Origin: an uncultured Eubacteriales bacterium
GTDB taxonomy: Bacteria; Bacillota; Clostridia; Tissierellales; Peptoniphilaceae
Assembly (NCBI GenBank): GCA_900540185.1
Contig: UQFH01000002.1
Location: 16,817 to 80,816, forward strand
DNA: 64,000 bases
Direction of reading: 5' to 3'
The notes under the pieces were generated by a model. The model worked only from the letters and a program-made list of their open reading frames with translations, had not been told where the DNA came from and did not search any database. The position numbers were made by a program, and so were the translations under genes. Position 1 is the stretch's first letter, and each line of letters opens with the position of its first letter. Shown piece after piece: positions 59,301 to 64,000 of the stretch.

Positions 59301-59705
59301 AGACTTTCAAAAGACCAAACAATCAACAATGTAACGAACTTCAAAGACGTAAAAGATACAGACTGGTTTGCAGAAGCAGTTAAATGGGCACAATCACAAG
59401 GTCTCATCAAAGGCTACGAAGACGGCACATTTAAAGCAAACAACCTCGTAACACGTCAAGAACTCGCGGTTATTATTGAAAGATTCCTGAAAATCCATGG
59501 AATTATAATGGAAGAAATAAAAGAACTTTCATACAAAGACCTCGACACATTGCCTGCATGGAGCAAAGATGCTATCATCGCAATGGCAAAAATCGGACTT
59601 GTTGAAGGACAAACTGAAGAAATGTACAACCCTGCAAGCGAATTTACAAGAGAAGAACTCGCAGTAATGCTTGAAAAAATTATCATATGGGTTGAAAAAC
59701 ATTAG
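53346..59705 (+). CDS. second giant secreted S8 subtilase (cell-envelope proteinase-like) with a PA insert, Flg_new repeat, Pro-rich linker and three SLH domains
   Basis: Start at the ATG at 53346 with a GGGAGG RBS. Triad D (LDTGAD), H (HGQHIAG), S (SGTSMATP). SLH repeats at the C-terminus. Confidence 0.9.
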   Translation: MNRKLLSILLAVFMVFGMIPFTSQASDSKGYTEAYETLTKEMDNKLEDGKEYEFIVEIFENNRPVSSQTRDLTAQTFSSAVRRGRELSLIEKRINDQNEVLADIFGERQLRRNSDEISYSTMSKASSFRARNNSRPIIKDMEQLKTMPRYKALLNGFALKMTYAEAKEVAMLPNVKAVTKAVEYKMPEKPSMGTSKNIINANVSTKRGYDGKGRIVAILDTGADVNHPDFRLSEEGLKAAKYTKQSINDKINELHLWGEYKTEKIPYAYNYADRSNDLLDNADHGQHIAGTIAGNALDPNNGVVGVVPEAQLMVMRVFSIGQPTTNTAIYAEAIDDAVLLGADSINMSLGSFAGSEDADKIMTKVVNNANEHGTIVCIAGGNDGYQFSNFNYQPSDILDFATVGSPATMKESLAVASYNNSKISYKRGLFTFEGKELNTAIGDYTKAQPKTGLEAKEYDLVFVGKGNLDTDYDGKDVEGKIVIAERGAVGMEPATFGVKSAMAYAHGAAACIIGYTINHDQNYEQLYFLTVENEAPVVPTYSVSNKDYDEIKKQLVNEEGKITFVKHDMSGYDSPVKNTMSVFNSWGPTPGLGIKPEITAPGGDIWSTANNNGYQSMSGTSMATPHVAAGIAAVRGKLAEMKNLGLEDDQIAMFVKKVLMNTANPAKTLTGNSYFSVRSQGAGIMDLDDATSGNYVTVEDNRAGASSFGEAKVEFKQIDEAKLNVNLKLTSYLEQDVKYDVSYVLQTDKVEDGSVVLNPDKYEAITLGSGDLGTINLSSKGNSEFVNEITWEENETLANDYPKGYFVDGYIFFKPQIDGIPTLSIPMLAFKGDWDILPVIEDFIHDYDLDAGERPFWLDGAEVGKIYKTPATGIDATMLMSNFFYIDNGESFKDALGRTEDGRFTNHFAISPGVKDKSQDYLQFKGVFLRNWDDFYMLVSKNGEEINKIENPYRKSGRKSGFTVNGTEIYSISEAPWMWDGTDADGNQLSEGEYDLTIHAKMQNNPNAKADEKTVKVIVDNTKPEIEEAPQYDADNKTITLKASDSLSGIKAVYYMYETDDKENPIKVEWTDKETDGSYKIENCEKDGGIVFVLDWAGNLTKLDLSAKGSNVIEIVRDSEDYANVEIAVFDKDHKKMTNLNALEDGKYTIEALNVPEGVNVEINPTEITFGEGGVTSPATVNVKFSEISQDEIDQYGTLKVNVVDSNTVWSGFTIYAVDENGKKYELYTKFDWGAETYGAKMPAGEYTILVLNSNGEEINYSGDKTVVVNKQDTTWSKIRFLRSGDLEVSIWSEASEVINSIKDLGVETPSENEYSFNAKEIFRVIDTETGKDLFEGKDYYEAYFKPWDNGEQIDFWIPADGNYTVEFINDNREYLVEPTRVDAKLYTYQKDEEHKWVYIDVYYPKTDTANLTIKEELVSGETSTEKINAKYHLYDDYGNEIPSTTSTTWEGLQAKFYTLVVENLSDKLIPERKTYKIDAFNNLNVEQVVRWKDVTTDPVKRYTSLVVGIYGEYDSTNRDIQVLLKNVYTQEEIVINAEAGSKVSEELVPLGTYEATLTLPDGIIIDEIFLSVNEYDGSKDELVALGTKFKATFTTAFNEIEINLKKQKRDFGEVDVIANGLQGETVNYRLTGQDIQIEAIDGIFKNLEPGKYTLSFDVPEGYEVDSNEIEVNVEEGKVNTVYVNFNKKLDDTVATHKASIKTTEVNEKGEVLRDLDLKFVAIAEDGSQYSIDKIPADTKVKLVEVGLPDGFERKDASDEFITFDADKEFSFEYVNKKVIPANENDTKEGYVNITFDAADNGVLNAPGFNDVKKLSYLVKEAYQVSDFKFYIPEVTPDKDYEFKDWDKQLPSKRFAKSETLVAQYEYHEPIVPPTPDEPIVPEPDYPIIPDYPVIPHRPHRPTTPTKDIVKDTTKPVEKPVEEKKDYGIVETMPTIAATFSDLPENEAAGSIMNMVARGILKGMDNGKFEGELPITRAMVATVLKRLSKDQTINNVTNFKDVKDTDWFAEAVKWAQSQGLIKGYEDGTFKANNLVTRQELAVIIERFLKIHGIIMEEIKELSYKDLDTLPAWSKDAIIAMAKIGLVEGQTEEMYNPASEFTREELAVMLEKIIIWVEKH

Positions 59706-59717
59706 AGAGAAGATACA

Positions 59718-59750
59718 AAAGACGCCTGATTATGTAGGGCGTCTTTTTTT
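59718..59750 (+). terminator. terminator
   Basis: AGACGCC-TGATTATGTAG-GGCGTCT followed by TTTTTTT, then an R1b repeat. Confidence 0.65.
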
Positions 59751-59876
59751 ATTTGCGGTCTATTTTGCGACCTGCTTGCAAACTTCAATTGTTTGATTGC
59801 TCGGAGTGCACTTAGCACACCTGCGCAATCAAAAATTGAGTTTACGGCGCATCTCATCAAAATAGCCCGCAAATAA
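59750..59876 (+). repeat. R1b repeat copy
   Basis: Near-identical to 37137-37265. Confidence 0.9.
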
Positions 59877-59927
59877 AAAAGAACCCACAAAAAAACTCCA
59901 TAATACATAAGTATTACAGAGCATAAA

Positions 59928-60572
59928 CTATTTCGCATTTGTTTTCTTTTCGATTTTTGCGTTCACAAGGCGGCAAAGGGGCATCGGGATGTCTTCGACC
60001 GTATAGCTTTCGAGTGTTCCGGTCACGACGATTTCGTCGCCGTCGTCCGGGTATTTCTCGTCGCTGTTACTCGAGATGAATTCGAGCCCTTGCGCGCAAC
60101 ACGCGAGCGCATCTTTTATGAGACAGTAGTGTGTCATGCTTTTGCCTTCGGTGGTCGGGAAGGTGTACGAGTTTCCGTAAATTTTAAAAGTTTTCCCGGC
60201 GTAACTCTCCGGGTCCTGCACAACCATAAAGACGGTCGCATAAATCATGTCGGAGTTCATTTCGGTGAGGTCGTAGTCAATGTCTTTTTGATTTTCTCCG
60301 CCTACATTTTCCGCTTTTTGATTTTCTTTATTTTTATCTTCATTTATTTCCTTAACATCTTCTTCGGTCGCCTGAAAATCATTTTTAAGTGCTTTTTCAT
60401 TTTCGGCATTTTCCTTTTTCTCTTGTTCCTTTTTCATTTCTTCTTCAATCGTATCTTTCACACTTTTTGTCGTTGAAAACATCTGATTTTTGTTTTGTCT
60501 TTTTTTACCACATCCGGCAATTGCAACAAAAATTATAAATATAATAAAGAATTTTATAAATCTATTTTTCAT
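59928..60572 (-). CDS. lipoprotein of unknown function, translationally coupled to znuB
   Basis: Lipobox IAGC. KE-rich linker. Cys-containing C-terminal domain (ACCAQG, PLCRL). Start abuts the znuB stop. Confidence 0.6.
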   Translation of the reverse strand: MKNRFIKFFIIFIIFVAIAGCGKKRQNKNQMFSTTKSVKDTIEEEMKKEQEKKENAENEKALKNDFQATEEDVKEINEDKNKENQKAENVGGENQKDIDYDLTEMNSDMIYATVFMVVQDPESYAGKTFKIYGNSYTFPTTEGKSMTHYCLIKDALACCAQGLEFISSNSDEKYPDDGDEIVVTGTLESYTVEDIPMPLCRLVNAKIEKKTNAK

Positions 60573-61439
60573 TTATTCACCTCGCACGATGTTAAAAATT
60601 TTACAAATTGCAAAGATTAGAATATTTGCACCGACTATTGTGGAGCCGACGGGAGTGCCGACAAGAATTGCAAAGACGATTCCCAAAACTGCACAAAACA
60701 CCGAAAAGAGAACAGACAATATGCACACACTTTTAAATGAGTGAGTTATTTTCATTGCCGATATTGTCGGAAAGACGATGAGTGCGGAAACGAGAAGCGA
60801 ACCCACAAGTGTCATTGCAAGAGATATTACAATTGCAATGATTATTGATAACAAGAGATTTGTAAGTTCGATATTTACGCCGGTTGCCTTTGCGTATTCT
60901 CCGTCAAATGTGACGGCAAAGATGTTTTTATAGTTTGTGAGAAAAAATATTAAAACCAAAATCGAGAGCGCTATGCAGCTGTAAACGTCGGAGAGTTTCA
61001 GCGTCAAAATCGAGGTCGATCCGAAAAGAGTTGTGCAGACGTCGACTGCGACGTTCGGACCCGTTTTAAAGACGTTCATGACGAGATATCCGAGCGCAAG
61101 AGCGGACACTGCAATCATTGCAATTGCCGCGTCGGATGTAAGGCTCATTTTCTTTCCCGAGTTTAAGAGAAGAATCGCCGTCAAAATTGTGACGGGAAGA
61201 ATCAAATACATTTTGTTTGTAAGGCCCACGACTGTCGCAACGCTCATCGAGCCGAAGGCGACATTTGAAAGGCTGTTTCCAATATAGCTGTATCTTTTTA
61301 AAACGAGCACAACGCCCAAGATTGAAGAAGCGAGCGCAATCAAAACGCCTGTGATGAGAGCATATCTCACGAACGGGTAGTCCATATACATAAAAAATTT
61401 ATTAAAGAGTTCCATTTTCGTAGTCCTCCTTTTTACCAA
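60573..61439 (-). CDS. znuB: metal (Zn/Mn) ABC transporter permease
   Basis: ABC-3 (ZnuB/MntB/TroCD) family membrane protein. The likely true start is the internal Met (MELFNK) at about 61415. Confidence 0.85.
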   Translation of the reverse strand: MVKRRTTKMELFNKFFMYMDYPFVRYALITGVLIALASSILGVVLVLKRYSYIGNSLSNVAFGSMSVATVVGLTNKMYLILPVTILTAILLLNSGKKMSLTSDAAIAMIAVSALALGYLVMNVFKTGPNVAVDVCTTLFGSTSILTLKLSDVYSCIALSILVLIFFLTNYKNIFAVTFDGEYAKATGVNIELTNLLLSIIIAIVISLAMTLVGSLLVSALIVFPTISAMKITHSFKSVCILSVLFSVFCAVLGIVFAILVGTPVGSTIVGANILIFAICKIFNIVRGE

Positions 61440-62064
61440 AATAAAAATTCGCTCCGAGTTTTAAAACATGGCTTGCGTATTTTAGCGCATCCGTCGTGTC
61501 GTGGCTTATCATGATTATGGTTGTGCCGGATTTATTTAAATTGTTTATTAGTTTATACATATTTTCGCGCGCGGCGGCGTCGAGCCCCGTGACCGGTTCG
61601 TCCAATATCAAAACTTTTTTATTGCTTACAAAAGCGCGGGCGAGTAAAACTTTCTCCTGTTGTCCTCCCGAAAGTTTCGAAAATGCTCTCTCTTTTAAAT
61701 CGAGAATCCCGAAATTTTGAAGTGCCTCCAAGCATTTTTTCTTTTCGGATTTGGTATAGAAACATAAAAAGTTTGGGCGATTTCCCGAGATTACGACTTC
61801 ATAAACAGTGGCCGGAAAATCGGGAGCGAGCGAGAAAAGTTGTGGAAGATAGCCTATGTCCTCCTTTTTAAGACCATTAAGCACAACCTCGCCACCGAGC
61901 GGTTTTAAAAGTCCCAAAAGCGTTTTTATGAGTGTGGATTTTCCGGTGCCGTTTTCACCCAAAACGAGAAGATAGTCGCCGGAGTGGATTTTTAAATTTA
62001 AAGAATCGGAAAGGATTTGACGCTTGTAGCCAAACGCCAAATCCTTAACATCAATTGAGTACAT
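61402..62064 (-). CDS. znuC: metal ABC transporter ATP-binding protein
   Basis: Walker A GENGTGKST. LSGGQ signature. Walker B ILDEP. Confidence 0.85.
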   Translation of the reverse strand: MYSIDVKDLAFGYKRQILSDSLNLKIHSGDYLLVLGENGTGKSTLIKTLLGLLKPLGGEVVLNGLKKEDIGYLPQLFSLAPDFPATVYEVVISGNRPNFLCFYTKSEKKKCLEALQNFGILDLKERAFSKLSGGQQEKVLLARAFVSNKKVLILDEPVTGLDAAARENMYKLINNLNKSGTTIIMISHDTTDALKYASHVLKLGANFYFGKKEDYENGTL

Positions 62065-63188
62065 TAATTTAGACCCGCCTTGAGCGTGTCGAGATTTTCT
62101 TCCATAATTTCGAGATAGCTCGTGTTGTCGCTTGAAGAAACCGATTCGAGAGAGTTTAAAACACGGATTTCCTGTGTTTTAGTTTTTGTATTTTCTTTAA
62201 TCGTTTCGGCGATTTTATGGTCCGAGTCGGAAAGAGTGAAAATAGAATTTAAACCGAGCTCGTCGACTTTGTTTGCCAAAAATACAATTGTTTCAAAACT
62301 TGCTTCGGATTCTTGCGAACATCCCACAAATGCAGCATAGTATTTCAAATTGTAGTCGTCGACCAAATATCTGAACGGGAATCTGTCGCCGAAAAGTACG
62401 GTGTCGAACTTTTGATTCGAAAGTTCTTCAGAGTATTTTTTGTCCAAAGCGTCCAACTTTTCAACATATGCTTTTAAATTTTCGTCGAACTTGTCGGCGT
62501 ATTTCGGGCTTAACTTCTTTAGATTTTCACAGATTTCATTACAAACGAGTTTTGCGTTCTTTAGAGAAAGCCAAACATGTTCGTCCATTTCGACTTCGTC
62601 GTCGTGGTGGTGATGATGATGCTCATCATGTTCATCTTCATCTTCATCTTCATCTTCATCATGTTCGTCTTCATCGTGGTCGTCTTCATCGTGGTCGTCT
62701 TCATCGTGGTCATGGTCGTGGTCTTCGTCTTCCATGCCTTCGACAACTTCTTCCGGTTTGATATTGTCTTTTAAAACTTCCATCATATTTATCGCCGTCA
62801 CATTCGGACTTTCCTTGATTGCGTCCGGCGCCCATTCGTCGGACTCACCGCCGACATAAACAAAAAGATTTGCATTTTTTATGCTTGTAATATCTTCGGC
62901 GCTCGGCTCGAAATTGTGCAAATTGATTCCCTTGTCGGTCAAATTTTTCACAGTTACATTTGTGTCCTTTGCGATTTCTTTGACCCAGTCGTAGGACGGA
63001 TAAATATTTGTGACGACGCTTATTTCATCGTCTTTGTTTTCGTCTTTTTCAACATTTCTTTCAACATTTTTTGTGTTTTCTTTTTCTTCTTTAACGGCGC
63101 CGTCTTTTTTTGCGCAGCCGCCGACAAATAGCACTGCTACGAGTGCAAAAATAATTAATTTAATTTTACCTTTCATATTAACCTCCAA
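62064..63188 (-). CDS. znuA: metal ABC substrate-binding lipoprotein (ZnuA/AdcA-like) with a long His/Asp/Glu-rich loop
   Basis: Lipobox GGC. Cluster 9 SBP. DHDHDHDEDDHDED...HHHHHH loop. Confidence 0.85.
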   Translation of the reverse strand: MEVNMKGKIKLIIFALVAVLFVGGCAKKDGAVKEEKENTKNVERNVEKDENKDDEISVVTNIYPSYDWVKEIAKDTNVTVKNLTDKGINLHNFEPSAEDITSIKNANLFVYVGGESDEWAPDAIKESPNVTAINMMEVLKDNIKPEEVVEGMEDEDHDHDHDEDDHDEDDHDEDEHDEDEDEDEDEHDEHHHHHHDDEVEMDEHVWLSLKNAKLVCNEICENLKKLSPKYADKFDENLKAYVEKLDALDKKYSEELSNQKFDTVLFGDRFPFRYLVDDYNLKYYAAFVGCSQESEASFETIVFLANKVDELGLNSIFTLSDSDHKIAETIKENTKTKTQEIRVLNSLESVSSSDNTSYLEIMEENLDTLKAGLN

Positions 63189-63221
63189 TAATTAGAATAA
63201 ATTTTTGATGAGATATTAAAT

Positions 63222-63506
63222 CTAATCGTTTATTCTAACCTTGAGGTCAATTGGAGTTTCTTTTATTTTTATTTCATAATTATAATTTTTATAAATCGAA
63301 ATAAATGCTCTAAAAAACAGAGCGAAAAATAAAATAGAGACGGTGATTCTATTTCTTTCATTTACATTCACAGCTTCTATGTAGCTACAGATGGAGCAAT
63401 TGTGGTGTGTGCAAATATGGTTCGCACAAAAAAGCGCCGTGCATGTAAAGAGAATTGTGAGCACGAGAAATATAAGTGCAAAAGCAAAAACAATTTTTTT
63501 ATTCAT
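63222..63506 (-). CDS. small 2-TM membrane protein with a Cys/His cluster (CANHICTHHNCSICSY)
   Basis: GAGGAGG RBS plus ATG. Strong upstream promoter. Operon position ahead of znuA. Confidence 0.45.
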   Translation of the reverse strand: MNKKIVFAFALIFLVLTILFTCTALFCANHICTHHNCSICSYIEAVNVNERNRITVSILFFALFFRAFISIYKNYNYEIKIKETPIDLKVRIND

Positions 63507-63544
63507 AGAATCACCTCCTCAATATGAAATCTATTATCATTTTC

Positions 63545-63579
63545 ATTATAGGATTTTCGAATTCGGTTGTCAAATAAAT
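63545..63579 (-). promoter_or_regulatory. canonical sigma-A promoter (minus strand) for the Cys/His membrane protein-znuACB operon
   Basis: Reverse complement reads TTGACA, 17 nt, TATAAT. Confidence 0.6.
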
Positions 63580-63708
63580 GATAATAAAAAGAAAAATAAA
63601 AAATACAGTAATAACAAATTTACACAAATGTGTTTAAAACAGATTTAATGGGTATATATAAATGCACGATTATATAGGGAATATAAAATTTATTATGGAG
63701 GTATTATT

Positions 63709-64000
63709 ATGGAATTAAAAGGTTCAAAGACAGCAACCAATCTTATGACTGCATTTGCAGGCGAATGCCAAGCAGTTATGAGATACAAAATGTATGCAAG
63801 CCAAGCAAAAAAAGAAGGCTTGGAAGTAATTCAAGCGGTTTTTGAAGAGACTGCAGAAAATGAAAGAGCTCACGCAAACAGACTCTACAAATACTTAAAA
63901 GAAGAATTGAACGATGAAGGCATCACAATCAATGCCGAATATCCTGTTCACTTGGGAGACACTCTCACAAACTTAAGAGCAGCTGCTGAAGGTGAAGAAT
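63709..64000 (+). CDS. rbr: rubrerythrin, N-terminal part (runs off the window end)
   Basis: MELKGSKTATNLMTAFAGECQAVMRY... ferritin-like diiron motifs. TATGGAGG RBS. Confidence 0.85.
   Translation, partial: MELKGSKTATNLMTAFAGECQAVMRYKMYASQAKKEGLEVIQAVFEETAENERAHANRLYKYLKEELNDEGITINAEYPVHLGDTLTNLRAAAEGEE

Noticed and set aside
62468-62774. ORFs antisense to, or out of frame within, the znuA His-rich region (97, 65 and 61 aa).
   Set aside because: Products of the tandem 15-bp repeats read in other frames. The znuA frame is the supported one.

Overview
This is a low-GC Gram-positive (Firmicutes-type, probably an anaerobic Clostridia/Tissierellia-like) chromosomal segment. Most of it is housekeeping, but it carries an unusually rich secreted-protease complement and an unusual amount of structured, repetitive non-coding DNA.

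Genes, left to right:
- an iron/cobalamin-type ABC importer on the minus strand (ATPase fragment, FecCD permease, binding protein)
- a hypothetical acidic protein, then a secreted tandem carboxymuconolactone-decarboxylase (AhpD-like) protein
- tRNA-Val with a canonical promoter
- proline iminopeptidase and a TIGR01212 radical SAM protein
- groES-groEL, purC, an M20 amidohydrolase
- lplA-lipA-nadK, a class II fumarase/aspartase, tpx, an Fe-ADH and an Ntn asparaginase
- a 2159-aa SLH-anchored S8 cell-envelope protease
- a PsiE-like/CorC_HlyC membrane protein and two tRNA-Arg genes
- a complete walR-walK-yycH-yycI-walJ-rlmH operon
- a CBS family II pyrophosphatase, an ADP-ribosylglycohydrolase and the flavodiiron protein FprA
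- a serpin lipoprotein, followed by a 1.6-kb insertion carrying an AlbA_2/HATPase_c_4/HTH (Schlafen-like) gene bounded by ~117-bp direct repeats
- rpmG-secE-nusG-rplK-rplA, which ends at a terminator with no rplJL
- a radical SAM protein, a cation:proton antiporter and small hypothetical proteins
- a 952-aa secreted C1 (papain-like) cysteine peptidase with six Big_2 repeats
- an FNT channel and a TetR regulator
- a second 2131-aa SLH-anchored S8 protease
- a Zn/Mn ABC importer operon (small Cys/His-rich membrane protein, His-rich ZnuA, ZnuC, ZnuB and a translationally coupled lipoprotein)
- the start of a rubrerythrin

The most striking feature is a modular, mosaic family of about 60-190-bp repeat units, here labelled R1 to R4. 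It recurs in seven unusually long intergenic regions (about 5 kb in total). Copies appear in both orientations and nested inside one another, always sit just 3' of gene terminators, and include hairpins that carry compensatory substitutions between copies. This looks like a MITE-like or structured-RNA element family, and it flanks the protease genes in particular.
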